Counted from the stretch's first letter, positions 10,371 through 23,295 are shown. The stretch is DNA of 43,673 nt from Hydrurus foetidus (GCA_900617105.1 UYFQ01000176.1:1-43673), one strand, 5' to 3'. Notes: generated from the letters alone by a model not told the origin. Program-made: numbers and translations.

Positions 10371-13300
10371 CACGGCAGCAGCAGTAACGTCCGCAGCAGC
10401 AGCAGCAGCAGCAGAGTCCACGGCAGCAGCAGTAGCATCCACAGCTGCAGCAGCAGCAGAGTCCACGGCAGCAACAGCTATAGCATCCACGGCAGCAGCA
10501 GAGTCCACTGCAGCTGCAGCAGCAGCAGCAGTTGCATCCACGGCAGCAGCAGCGTCCACGGCAGCAGCAGTAGCATCCACAGTAGCAGCAGCGTCCACAG
10601 CAGCGTCCACGGCAGCAGTAGCATCCACAGCTCCAGCAGTAGCATCCACAGCTGCAGCGGCAGCAGAGTTCACGGCAGCAGCAGCAGCATCAGTAGCAGA
10701 GTCCACGGCAGCAGCAGCAGTAGCATCCACAGCTGCAGCAGCAGCAGAGTCCACGGCAGCAACAGCTATAGCATCCACGGCAGCAACAGCTACAGCATCA
10801 ACAGCAGCAGCAATAGCATCCACAGCTGCAGCAGCAGCAGCAGTTGCATCCACGGCAGCAGCAGCGTCCACGGCAGCAGCAGTAGCATCCACAGCAGCAG
10901 CAGCGTCCACAGCAGCGTCGGCAGCAGTAGCATCCACAGCTGCAGCAGTAGCATCCACAGCTGCAGCAGGCAGCAGAGTTCACGGCAGCAGCAGCATCCA
11001 CAGCTCCAGCAGCAGCATCCACAGCTGCAGCAGCAGCAGAGTCCACGGCAGCAACAGCTATAGCATCCACGGCAGCAGCAGAGTCCACAGCTGCAGCAGC
11101 AGCAGCAGTTGCATCCACGGCAGCAGCAGCGTCCACGGCAGCAGCAGTAGCATCCACAGTAGCAGCAGCGTCCACAGCAGCGTCCACGGCAGCAGTAGCA
11201 TCCACAGCTCCAGCAGTAGCATCCACAGCTGCAGCGGCAGCAGAGTTCACGGCAGCAGCAGTCCACAGCTGCAGCAGCAGCATCCACAGCTGCAGCAGCA
11301 GCAGAGTCCACGGCAGCAACAGCTATAGCATCCACGGCAGCAGCAGAGTCCACAGCTGCAGCAGCAGCAGTAGCATCCACGGCAGCAGCAGCGTCCACGG
11401 CAGCAGCAGTAGCATCCACAGTAGCAGCAGCAGCAGCGTCCACGGCAGCAGTAGCATCCACAGCTCCAGCAGTAGCATCCACAGCTGCAGCGGCAGCAGA
11501 GTTCACGGCAGCAGCAGCAGCATCCACAGCTCCAGCAGCAGCATCCACAGCTGCAGCAGCAGCAGAGTCCACGGCAGCAACAGCTATAGCATCCACGGCA
11601 GCAGCAGAGTCCACAGCTGCAGCAGCAGCAGCAGCAGCAGCAGTTGCATCCACGGCAGCAGCAGCGTCCACGGCAGCAGCAGCAGCATCCACAGCAGCAG
11701 CAGCATCCACAGCAGTCCACGGCAGCAGTAGCATCCACAGCTGCAGCAGTAGCATCCACAGCTGCAGCGGCAGCAGAGTCCACAGCAGCAGCAGCATCAG
11801 TAGCAGAGTCCACGGCAGCAGCAGTAGCATCCACAGCTGCAGCAGCAGCATCCACAGCTGCAGCAGTAGCATCCACAGCTGCAGCAGCAGCATCCACGGC
11901 AGCAACAGCCAGCATCAACAGCAGCAGCAATAGCATCCACAGCTGCAGCAGCAGCAGTTGCATCCACGGCAGCAGCAGCGTCCACGGCAGCAGCAGTAGC
12001 ATCCACAGTAGCAGCAGCGTCCTGGCAGCGTCCACGGCAGCAGTAGCATCCACAGCTGCAGCAGCAGTAGCATCCACAGCTGCAGCGGCAGCAGAGTTCA
12101 CGGCAGCAGCAGCAGCAGAGTCCACGGCAGCAGCAGCAGCATCCACAGCTGCAGCAGCAGCAGAGTCCACGGCAGCAACAGCTATAGCATCCACGGCAGC
12201 AGCAGAGTCCACAGCTGCAGCAGCAGCAGCAGTTGCATCCACGGCAGCAGCAGCGTCCACGGCAGCAGCAGTAGCATCCACAGTAGCAGCAGCGTCCACA
12301 GCAGCGTCCACGGCAGCAGTAGCATCCACAGCTCCAGCAGTAGCATCCACAGCTGCAGCGGCAGCAGAGTTCACGGCAGCAGCAGCAGCATCAGTAGCAG
12401 AGTCCACGGCAGCAGCAGTAGCATCCACAGCTGCAGCAGCAGCAGAGTCCACGGCAGCAACAGCTATAGCATCCACGGCAGCAACAGCTACAGCATCAAC
12501 AGCAGCAGCAATAGCATCCACAGGTGCAGCAGCAGCAGCAGTTGCATCCACGGCAGCAGCAGCGTCCACGGCAGCAGCAGTAGCATCCACAGTAGCAGCA
12601 GCGTCCACAGCAGCGTCCACGGCAGCAGTAGCATCCACAGCTCCAGCAGTAGCATCCACAGCTGCAGCGGCAGCAGAGTTCACGGCAGCAGCAGCAGAGT
12701 CCACGGCAGCAGCAGCAGCATCCACAGCTGCAGCAGCAGCAGAGTCCACGGCAGCAACAGCTATAGCATCCACGGCAGCAGCAGAGTCCACAGCTGCAGC
12801 AGCAGCAGCAGTTGCATCCACGGCAGCAGCAGCGTCCACGGCAGCAGCAGTAGCATCCACAGCAGCAGCAGCGTCCGCAGCAGCGTCCACGGCAGCAGTA
12901 GCATCCACAGCTCCAGCAGTAGCATCCACAGCTGCAGCGGCAGCAGAGTCCACAGCAGCAGCAGCAGCAGTTGCGTCCACGGCAGCAGCAGCATCCACAG
13001 CTGCAGCGGCAGCAGAGTCCACGGCAGCAACAGCATAGCATCCACGGCAGCAGCAGCTACAGCATCAACAGCAGCAGCAGCATCCACAGGGCAGCAGCAG
13101 CAGTTGCATCCACGGCAGCAGTTGCATCCACGGCAGCAGCAGCGTCCACGGCAGCAGCAGTAGCATCCACAGTAGCAGCAGCGTCCACAGCAGCGTCCAC
13201 GGCAGCAGTAGCATCCACAGCTCCAGCAGTAGCATCCACAGCTGCAGCGGCAGCAGAGTTCACGGCAGCAGCAGCAGCAGAGTCCACGGCAGCAGCAGCA

Positions 13301-15121
13301 GCATCCACAGCTGCAGCAGCAGCAGAGTCCACGGCAGCAACAGCTATAGCATCCACGGCAGCAGCAGAGTCCACAGCTGCAGCAGCAGCAGTTGCATCCA
13401 CGGCAGCAGCAGCGTCCACGGCAGCAGCAGTAGCATCCACAGTAGCAGCAGCGTCCACAGGCAGCAGCAGTAGCATCCACAGCTCCAGCAGCAGCATCGT
13501 CCACAGCTGCAGCGGCAGCAGAGTTCACGGCAGCAGCAGCAGCATCAGTAGCAGAGTCCACGGCAGCAGCAGTAGCATCCACAGCAGCAGCAGCTGGGGA
13601 GTCCGCGGCAGCAGCAGCTATAGCATCCACGGCAGCAACAGCTACAGCATCAACAGCAGCAGCAATAGCATCCACAGGTGCAGCAGCAGCAGCAGTTGCA
13701 TCCACGGCAGCAGCAGCGTCCACAGCACCAGCAGTAGCATCCACAGTAAGTTGCGTCCACGGCAGCGTCCACGGCGGTAGCATCCACAGCTCCAGCAGTA
13801 GCATCCACAGCTGCAGCGGCAGCAGAGTTCACGGCAGCAGCAGCAGCATCAACAGCTCCAGCAGCAGCATCGTCCACAGCTGCAGCGGCAGCAGAGTCAC
13901 GGCAGCAACAGCTACAGCATCCACGGCAGCAACAGCTTCAGCATCAACAGCAGCAGCAATTGAATCCACTAGCTGCAGCAGCAGCAAACTTTTATCCACT
14001 AAGCAACAGCGTCCGCAGCAAAGTTCAGAAACGGACTTTCAGCAGCATATTTCCTGGCAGCGTCCACGGCAGCTCAGTCCACTCGCTGCAGCAGTAGCAT
14101 CCACAGCTGCAGCGGTAGCAGAGTTCACGGCAGCAGCAGCAATATCATCTCTTCAGAATCCACGGCTCCAGCAGCAGCATCCACAGCTGCAGCAGCAGCA
14201 GAGTCCACGGCAGCAACAGCTATAGCATCAACAGCAGCAGCAATAGCATCCACAGCTGCAGCAGCAGCATCAGTTGCATCCACGGCAGCAACAGCGTCAA
14301 CTCCTAGCATCCCACAGTGGCAGCGGCATCCGCAGCCGCGTCCGGCTGCAGTTGCATCCACAGCTCCAGCAGTAGCATCCACAGCTGCAGCGGCAGCAGA
14401 GTTCACGGCAGCAGCAGCAGCATCGGTAGCGCAGAGTCCAGTAGCATCCACAGCTGCAGCAGCAGCAGATCCACGGCAGCAACAGCTATAGCATCCACGG
14501 CAGCAGCAGCTACAGCATCCACAGCAGCAGCAGTAGCATCCACAGCTGCAGCGGTAGCAGAGTCCACGGCAGCAGCAGTTGCATCAACAGCTCCAGCAGC
14601 AGCATCGTCCACAGCTGCAGCAGCAGCAGCGTCCACGGCAGCAGCAGCTTCCACAGCTGCAGCGGCAGCAGAGTTCACGGCAGCAGGAGTAGCATCAACA
14701 GCTCCAGCAGCAGCATCTTCCACAGCTGCAGCGGCAGCAGAGTTCACGGCAGCAGCAGCAGCATCCACAGCTCCAGCAGCAGCATCCACAGCTGCAGCAG
14801 CAGCAGAGTCCACGGCAGCAACAGCTATAGCATCCACAGCAGCAGCAGAGTCCACAGCTGCAGCAGCAGCAGCAGTTGCATCCACGGCAGCAGCAGCGTC
14901 CACGGCAGCAGCAGTAGCATCCACAGTAGCAGCAGCGTCCACAGCAGCGTCCACGGCAGCAGTAGCATCCACAGCTCCAGCAGTAGCATCCACAGCTGCA
15001 GCGGCAGCAGAGTTCACGGCAGCAGCAGCAGCATCCACAGCTCCAGCAGCAGCATCCACAGCTGCAGCAGCAGCAGAGTCCACGGCAGCAACAGCTACAG
15101 CATCCACGGCAGCAGCAGAGT
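10370..15121. repeat. GCA-based complex minisatellite, array 1, with about 270-bp higher-order period
   Basis: Monomers TCCAC(A/G)(GCA)n of 12-30 bp. The landmark ACAGCTA(T/C)AG recurs at 14821 and 15091, 270 bp apart. Confidence 0.97.
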
Positions 15122-18100
15122 CCATTCGAGGCGGTCAGATGCAGCTTGTCATGGCATCCTCACTGCTATCATTCCTGGCATCGCAAGATTAGCACATCAT
15201 CCTGTATAGATTAGCACATGAAAGATGTTGAATGGGAGTTCAAGCTCATAGGAGAGATAGATCGGCATGTCGTAGAGTGGAAATACAGCCATAAAAAATC
15301 AATTTTTAAACTTAGGGAGGCAAACTTTGACAGTGTGCTTGTAGAGTACTAGACGTTATTTTGCCGAAGTTTGCCTCCCTAAGTTGCACAGGCCAGAAAG
15401 CATGTGGGAAAAAAATGCGCCCAGGCCTCAAGCGAATTCGAGGTAGAGACGCATCACTCAATAAATTTTGTGACTGATCCAACATGATGAAGATTTGATC
15501 AGTCGGAATAAAATCATATCTTCCAGTTGGCTGCAGCGATTATTATGTACTATGTGTCTGCCAGAGCGTAGATATACAGGTGAGATAGCACAATCTGTAA
15601 GTTGTAGTTGGGTTTCGAGTAAGAGAGCTGTGAGATTTTTTTGGCGGGGCCAAGCGGGGAAACCGTCCCCTCTCCTTTTTAATACCCCCTTGCCCTGGCT
15701 TCCCGGGAAAAAACCTCCCGCTCAAAAAAACAAAAAACGAAAAAATTCCTGGGCGTACGGAACCCAATCCCTGGCTTCCCAGGAAAAATTTTTCCAGTCA
15801 AAAAAATGAGTCTTCCCGCCGTGGGCGGAAAAGGAAACTTCCCCCCAATTTTAAAATATTCCCGCAAAGAAATTGAATATTTCCCCTAATTTTCGAAGTT
15901 TGAAAACTTTTAATTTCCCACTAAGAAATTCAAAATTACTCCTAATTTTCAAAGTTCAGAAACGGACTTTCATGTCAGAATATTTCCTGAAGCTGCCGGC
16001 CAGCTGCCAGCTCAGTTCTCTCGATGTCATCTACATCTTCAAGTACTACTCAGGTAGAGAACACGTCGAAGACACAATATCATCTCTTCTGAATCAGAAA
16101 TTCGCGTTTCCCGTTGAATTTTATTGTCGTCTGCTGCAGAGAGCGCATTCAAGTATTCCGAAACCATTCAGTTCAGGAAAAGAAGGTGACGCCTCACTTC
16201 ATGCATTAGGAATTCACTACTAGAACGCAGATTGACTTCAACCACTACCTGAAACTGACTCAACTCCTCGAAATCCCGCAGAAAAACAGCTGGCATTCGT
16301 CAGCCGGACCGGCTTTCACGATTGATTGACGCCGGAAAATTACATTCATAGAAATTTGACATCGTTTTGAAATATCAAAGCACAAAAGCCCGAGACCAAT
16401 GCCATCTGGCGCGAAGGCATTTACTAATATCAGTTGATCTGTCAACTTCTCCCAAGCTGGAAACGCGTTCCACTTTTCCCGCAAGAGCGTCTACAGCAGC
16501 AGCAGCAGCAGCAGCTTACTACCGGCGCAGCACGTCACCGCCGAGTGGCGTCCATCCTTCCCGGAGTCGATCGCCATCACAACGCCATTGTCTATTAATA
16601 TGCCATGTCATCATCTCAGTTGATCTGTCAACTTCTCCCAAGCTGGAAATACATTCAACTCATCCCGCGAGAGCTTCCACAGCAGCAGCGTCCACGGCAG
16701 CAGCAGCTTAATACCGACGCAGAACGTCACCATCCAGTGGCGTCCACCCTTCCTGGAGTCGAACGCCATCAGAAAGTTACCATCAATCATCATATCTTCT
16801 CATCGTCTCAGCTGATATGTCAGCTTCCCCCCGGATGGAAATGCATGAAACTTATTCCGCGAGGACTTCCACAGATGAAGAAGCGTCCGCGGCAGCAGCG
16901 TCTACACGGCAGCAGCAGTAACGTCCGCAGCAGCAGCAGCAGCAGCAGAGTCCACGGCAGCAGCAGTAGCATCCACAGCTGCAGCAGCAGCAGAGTCCAC
17001 GGCAGCAACAGCTACAGCATCCACGGCAGCAGCAGAGTCCACAGCTGCAGCAGCAGCAGCAGTTGCATCCACGGCAGCAGCAGCGTCCACGGCAGCAGCA
17101 GTAGCATCCACAGTAGCAGCAGCGTCCACAGCAGCAGTAGCATCCACAGCTCCAGCAGTAGCATCCACAGCTGCAGCGGCAGCAGCAGCAGAGCAGCAGC
17201 AGCAGCAGTCCACGCAGCAGCAGCAGCATCCACAGCTGCAGCAGCAGCAGAGTCCACGGCAGCAACAGCTATAGCATCCACGGCAGCAGCAGAGTCCACA
17301 GCTGCAGCAGCAGCAGCAGTTGCATCCACGGCAGCAGCAGCGTCCACGGCAGCAGCAGTAGCATCCACAGTAGCAGCAGCGTCCACAGCAGCGTCCACGG
17401 CAGCAGTAGCATCCACAGCTCCAGCAGTAGCATCCACAGCTGCAGCGGCAGCAGAGTTCACGGCAGCAGCAGCAGCATCCACAGCTCCAGCAGCAGCAGC
17501 ATCCACAGCTGCAGCAGCTATAGCATCCACGGCAGCAACAGCTATAGCATCCACGGCAGCAGCAGAGTCCACAGCTGCAGCAGCAGCAGCAGCAGCAGCA
17601 GTTGCATCCACGGCAGCAGCAGCGTCCACGGCAGCAGCAGTAGCATCCACGGCAGCAGCAGCGTCCACGGCAGCAGCAGTAGCATCCACAGTAGCAGCAG
17701 CGTCCACAGCAGCAGTAGCATCCACAGCTGCAGCAGTAGCATCCACAGCTGCAGCGGCAGCAGAGTTCACGGCAGCAGCAGCAGCATCCACAGCTCCAGC
17801 AGCAGCATCCACAGCTGCAGCAGCAGCAGAGTCCACGGCAGCAACAGCTATAGCATCCACGGCAGCAGCAGAGTCCACAGCTGCAGCAGCAGCAGCAGTT
17901 GCATCCACGGCAGCAGCAGCGTCCACGGCAGCAGCAGTAGCATCCACAGTAGCAGCAGCGTCCACAGCAGCGTCCACGGCAGCAGTAGCATCCACAGCTC
18001 CAGCAGTAGCATCCACAGCTGCAGCGGCAGCAGAGTTCACGGCAGCAGCAGCAGCATCAGTAGCAGAGTCCACGGCAGCAGCAGTAGCATCCACAGCTCC

Positions 18101-19900
18101 AGCAGCAGCATCCACAGCTGCAGCAGCAGCAGAGTCCACGGCAGCAACAGCTACAGCATCCACGGCAGCAGCAGAGTCCACAGCTGCAGCAGCAGTTGCA
18201 TCCACGGCAGCAGCAGCATCCACGGCAGCAGCAGTAGCATCCACAGTAGCAGCAGCGTCCACAGCAGCGTCCACGGCAGCAGTAGCATCCACAGCTCCAG
18301 CAGTAGCATCCACAGCTGCAGCGGCAGCAGAGTTCACGGCAGCAGCAGCAGCAGCATCCACAGCTCCAGCAGCAGCATCCACAGCTGCAGCAGCAGCAGA
18401 GTCCACGGCAGCAACAGCTACAGCATCCACGGCAGCAGCAATAGCATCCACAGCTGCAGCAGCAGCAGCAGTTGCATCCACGGCAGCAGCAGCGTCCACG
18501 GCAGCAGCAGTAGCATCCACAGTAGCAGCAGCGTCCACAGCAGCGTCCACGGCAGCAGTAGCATCCACTGCAGCAGTAGCATCCACAGCTGCAGCGGCAG
18601 CAGAGTTCACGGGCAGAGTTCACGGCAGCAGCAGTAGCATCCACAGCTCCAGCAGCAGCATCCACAGCTGCAGCAGCAGCAGAGTCCACGGCAGCAACAG
18701 CTACAGCATCCACGGCAGCAGCAGAGTCCACAGCTGCAGCAGCAGCAGCAGTTGCATCCACGGCAGCAGCAGCATCCACAGCAGCAGCAGCAGCGTCCAC
18801 AGCAGCGTCCACGGCAGCAGCAGGCGTCCACGGCAGCAGTAGTCCACAGCTGCAGCAGTAGCATCCACAGCTGCAGCGGCAGCAGAGTTCACGGCAGCAG
18901 CAGCAGCAGCATCCACAGCTCCAGCAGCAGCATCCACAGCTGCAGCAGCAGCAGAGTCCACGGCAGCAACAGCTATAGCATCCACGGCAGCAGCAGAGTC
19001 CACAGCTGCAGCAGCAGCAGCAGCAGTTGCATCCACGGCAGCAGCAGCAGTCCACGGCAGCAGTAGCATCCACAGTAGCAGCAGCGTCCACAGCAGCGTC
19101 CACGGCAGCAGTAGCATCCACAGCTCCAGCAGTAGCATCCACAGCTGCAGCGGCAGCAGAGTTCACAGCAGCAGCAGCAGCTCACAGCTCCAGCAGCAGC
19201 AGAGTCCGCGGCAGCAGCAGCTATAGCATCCACGGCAGCAACAGCTACAGCATCAGCAGCAGCAGCAGCAGCCAGAGTCCACGGCAGCAACAGCTATAGC
19301 ATCCACGGCAGCAGCAGAGTCCACAGCTGCAGCAGCAGCAGCAGTTGCATCCACGGCAGCAGCAGCGTCCACGGCAGCAGCAGTAGCATCCACAGTAGCA
19401 GCAGTAGCATCCACAGCTGCAGCGGCAGCAGAGTTCACGGCAGCAGCAGCAGCATCCACAGCTCCAGCAGCAGCAGAGTCCACGGCAGCAACAGCTATAG
19501 CATCCACGGCAGCAGCGAGGCCACAGCTGCAGCAGCAGCAGCAGTTGCATCCACGGCAGCAGCAGCGTCCACGGCAGCAGCAGTAGCATCCACAGTAGCA
19601 GCAGCGTCCACAGCAGCAGCAATAGCATCCACGGCAGCAGCAGCATCCACAGCTGCAGCAGTAGCATCCACAGCTGCAGCGGCAGCAGAGTTCACGGCAG
19701 CAGCAGCAGCATCCACAGCTCCAGCAGCAGCATCGTCCACAGCTGCAGCGGCAGCAGCATCCACAGCAGCAGCAGCAGCATCCACAGCTCTAGCAGCAGC
19801 ATCCACAGCTGCAGCGGCAGCAGCAGCGTCCACGGCAGCAGCAGTAGCATCCACAGCTGCAGTAGTAGCAGAGTTCACGGCAGCAGCAATAGCATCCACT

Positions 19901-19931
<31 letters not shown>

Positions 19932-20070
19932 CCACAGCTCCAGCAGCAGCAGCATCCACAGCTCTAGCAGCAGCATCCACAGCTGCAGCGGCAGCAGAGT
20001 TCACGGCAGCAGCAGCAGCATCCACAGCTGCAGCAGCAGCAGCGTTCACGGCAGCAGCAGTAGCATCCAC

Positions 20071-20102
<32 letters not shown>

Positions 20103-20155
20103 CAACAGCAGCAGCATCAACAGCAGCAGCAATAGCATCCACAGCAGCAGCAGCA
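15122..20155. repeat. Tandem duplication unit 2
   Basis: Near-identical copy of 8592-10380 followed by the same satellite. Confidence 0.9.
16905..20155. repeat. GCA-based complex minisatellite, array 2
   Basis: Same monomers and higher-order order as array 1; becomes simpler toward 20150. Confidence 0.97.
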
Positions 20156-20186
20156 ACGTCGACAGCACCCTACCACCACATTAGAC

Positions 20187-20429
20187 CCAGTCGTTGTCAC
20201 GACTCTCCCCGCACTGGAAATATCATTGACGGCGAAGACAACATGTGACTTTTACCGCTGCGCACCGTGAACTCCTGTGGGCTTTTTAGTCGTGAAGCAT
20301 CGATGGAACTCAATCACCCCACCATCTCACTCCACCGACATATTCGACCAAGTCGTTGTCACCACTCTCCCCACACTGGAAACATCACCCACGGCTAAGA
20401 CAACATGTGACACCAACCGCAGCGCACCG
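20187..20429. repeat. Pair of diverged about 80-bp direct repeats
   Basis: AGTCGTTGTCACGACTCTCCCCGCACTGGAAA...AAGACAACATGTGAC...GCGCACCG at about 20187 and 20349. Confidence 0.8.
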
Positions 20430-20560
20430 CAAATTATCTTATTAGATTACATGAAAATTGTTGGGAAATGATTGCACTGGGGACTAGTAGATAGCGGTGA
20501 TGCGAGGCAATAGGTGAGTTGAAACAAAGTTAATTAAAACCCGATCTTCTTTGATGTTGC

Positions 20561-20606
20561 GCTACTGCTGCTACTGCTGCTACTGCTGCTACTGCTGCTA
20601 CTGCTG

Positions 20607-20703
<97 letters not shown>

Positions 20704-20708
20704 TGCTG
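20561..20708. repeat. (CTACTGCTG)n/(CTG)n microsatellite
   Basis: Directly visible. On the minus strand it reads as poly-Ser in DPTEEERRQLQDAVKQISRNTSSNSSS...ATSKKIGF*, possibly the frameshifted C-terminus of the recombinase. Confidence 0.95.
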
Positions 20709-20768
20709 GTGTTCCTGCTGATTTGTTTTACCGCATCCTGTAGCTGTCTTCGTTCCTCCTCAGTCGGA

Positions 20769-22255
20769 TCAGGATACTTCAGTTGTTTCCAGCGCCTTGC
20801 AAGAGCACCGACTGTGTATGCTTTCGCATTCTTCTTTGATAATTAGGAAGTCACCTATAAGCTTAGTCAATATCTTTGCAGTTGCTTTCATATCCATTTC
20901 CCAGGTAGAGTATGACGAATCTTTGGCAGCATCAGGTTGTAGTATCTTCATCGTTTTGAGCTGAGCTTCACTCCCTAATTTCTCAGCTAGCCGAACTACA
21001 TTCTTTGCGTCACCCTGATTGTCACTGCTAGGTTTATGACCGACTGTGATTTGCCAACGACCTGAGGCTAATGTAACAGTATTACCTTTCACTGTTCCTA
21101 GGCTCTTTGCATACCAGTCGTACAAGAACTCCTCCGCCGACTGTGCCCCGAGTGATGTGGAGGAGTACCCTTCGGAAGTCCTCTTAAATAGATCGCTGAA
21201 AGACTTTTCACTGCATCTTGCGGGTGCGACAGGTGAAGACTCTTGCACTCTGCAGTCCTCCTCGACTACTTCGTCATCGAGTTTTCTCTTTTTAGAAGTG
21301 CTGCCATCTTTTCTTGGTGTCTTTTCGCGCATGGTGCTCGAACACATCTTCGCCACTGAGATCTGAATTTCGTTGAGCTGTCCTTGCACAAATTGCAATG
21401 CACTGGACATTGACATCGCGATCTTGACCATCATATAATGTGTATAGAATATCATTAGTATGAGAGTTAGTTTTCTATCAACGACAGTAATATCTTACCT
21501 CCTGTTGCGCTTTTGAGTTCTTCTCCAACATAACAACACGCTCCAATAGAATGGGTATAAGGCTTTCACCGCTGTCAATAGCAGCCGTCATGTTGTCAGC
21601 GGTCCATTTACTCCTGATAAGGGCTCCCCACTCTAACAGTATGTTGATATTGAGACCGCACTCAATGCTCTTCTCACCAACAGCTCGCAACGTCAAATGC
21701 TCTGGATATTTAATTCTCATTTCTGATAGATGCATCAAGAATGTAGCGAACAGACATTTCGCAAGCGGCCACAACTTGCCGCGTGGATGCATCTCGGCGA
21801 CTGAGCAATGGAATAACTTCACGATGAGGTTCTCAATCTGAGTTTCACTTCCACCGATTAGAGGTGTACAGTCAGGTTGGTACACATGTGCTCTCGAATT
21901 CTTCCACCCTGACAACGCCCTACCAGCCCCCGATATCGGACTTAATATACCCCCTATATAACAGAATGCTCGAGAGAATCCCTTTGCCTCCCATCCTCCT
22001 CTGAAGATGGTATTCTCCAGCTTGCATGTTGGATGATCAGTAAGCAAAGTGGCGGCCCCAACTCTGATGTTTAAAAGTAGTTGAGTGTCATTAATAAGAA
22101 ATCAAGTAGCTATCATACGTTGTTTGGGATAACTTTCACTAACCTTAGAGAAGTTCCCTCGTACATGACTGAGTTTGCGGATATATATTCTTCAGAACAA
22201 GATGCAAGCCCCTCTCTCACATACTTCGTCAGCACTGCTGAGGCAGTGTCAACGA
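20769..22255 (-). pseudogene. 5'-truncated Crypton-like tyrosine recombinase; introns 22064-22143 and 21423-21498
   Basis: Splicing AG|GTTAGT...ATCAG|A restores YEGTSLRVGAATLL...IFRGGW...AFCY...AGRALSGW, matching the (H)SxRxGA / RxGW / Y / GRxLxG layout of Crypton recombinases. The N-terminal half is replaced by the 76-bp repeat. Confidence 0.75.
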
Positions 22256-23295
22256 CGAAAAAATTCCTGGGCGTACGGAACCCAATCCCTGGCTTCCCAG
22301 GAAAAATACTTCCACTCAAAAACCGAAAAACAAAAAAATTCCTGGGCGTACGGAACCCAATCCCTGACTGGCTTCCCAGGAAAAAAATTCCCGCTCAAAA
22401 AAATGAAAAATCGACTTTTTTTTATAGAATGCGGGAGCGCAATTCATTTGAGTGACAAATTAATTAAATTTGAAAAAAATCTCAATAAATTCTAACATTG
22501 ACTCAACCGTCTGGACTAGGTATACGTACGTAGTCATTGTGTGTCCCAAATATTTGGGTAGTATCAATAGTCCAAGATTGAGGTGATCAATGAAGTAAAT
22601 ATGCCACTTATTACTCTGAAAGCTTTGGTCGTTCCACAGAAGTTATATCCCTCTCTTCCCAAACGGTCTACAATCCGGCAGCTTTCTCTACGAAGTAGAG
22701 TAATCGCACAAAAAATTCCGTTTCTCAGAAATGAGATCCCTTTCTTCCAAAACGTGTCAATCCGAAGCGAAATCAACAAAATTGAGGTCATCAATCACGT
22801 AAATATGCCACCAATTTCGTCTCGTCCCGACGATGATGCTGTAGGCGTATACCTTTCCAATTATGTAAATTATTCGGAAACAAAATCCCTGGCTCCCCAG
22901 GAGCCAATCCCTGGCTTTCCAGGAGCCGATCCCAGGCTTGCCAGAAAAAAAATCCCACAAAAAAAAATCTTTAATTTTTAAATAGCAGGAGCGTGATCAG
23001 GGATAAGTGACAAATTAATTAAATTTCAAAAAAAATCAATAAAAATCGGTAGAATCTCCCTCTGTACTCTGTACAAACGGTTGAGAATAAAATGCGGTAG
23101 ACTCTACCTCTGTACTCTGTACAAACGGTTGAGAATAAAAAACGTCATTAAAATGCAGGAGCACGCTTCAAATGAATGACAAATTAATTTTAAAAAAAAA
23201 ACGATAAAAAGCGATAGACTCTACCTCTGTACTCTGTACAAACGGTTGAGAAAAAGCACTATCCAAAGGGGATAGGGTTTCCCAAAAAACCCCAT
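22256..23295. repeat. Cluster of short interspersed repeats, probable transposon terminal region
   Basis: Two tandem 76-bp motifs; TGACAAATTAATT x3 (about 22454, 23009, 23177); CTCTGTACTCTGTACAAACGGTTGAGAA x3 (about 23058, 23108, 23226); ATTGAGGT-ATCAAT--GTAAATATGCCAC x2 (about 22577, 22781). Confidence 0.7.

Larger units (their letters stand above)
8592..15121. repeat. Tandem duplication unit 1 (6530 bp: about 1.8 kb complex sequence plus minisatellite)
   Basis: 8592 onward (CCATTCGAGGCGGTCAG...) is almost identical to 15122 onward for about 1.8 kb before both enter the satellite. Confidence 0.9.

Noticed and set aside
10071..20142. Dozens of long ORFs (poly-Ala, poly-Ser/His, poly-Cys, poly-Leu) in the satellite
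   Set aside because: They overlap in up to five frames as a by-product of GCA repeats, and none can be singled out as a gene from sequence alone.
22256..23260. Repeats separated by variable sequence, superficially CRISPR-like
   Set aside because: Spacing is irregular, spacers are related and A-rich, there are no cas genes, and the context is eukaryotic.
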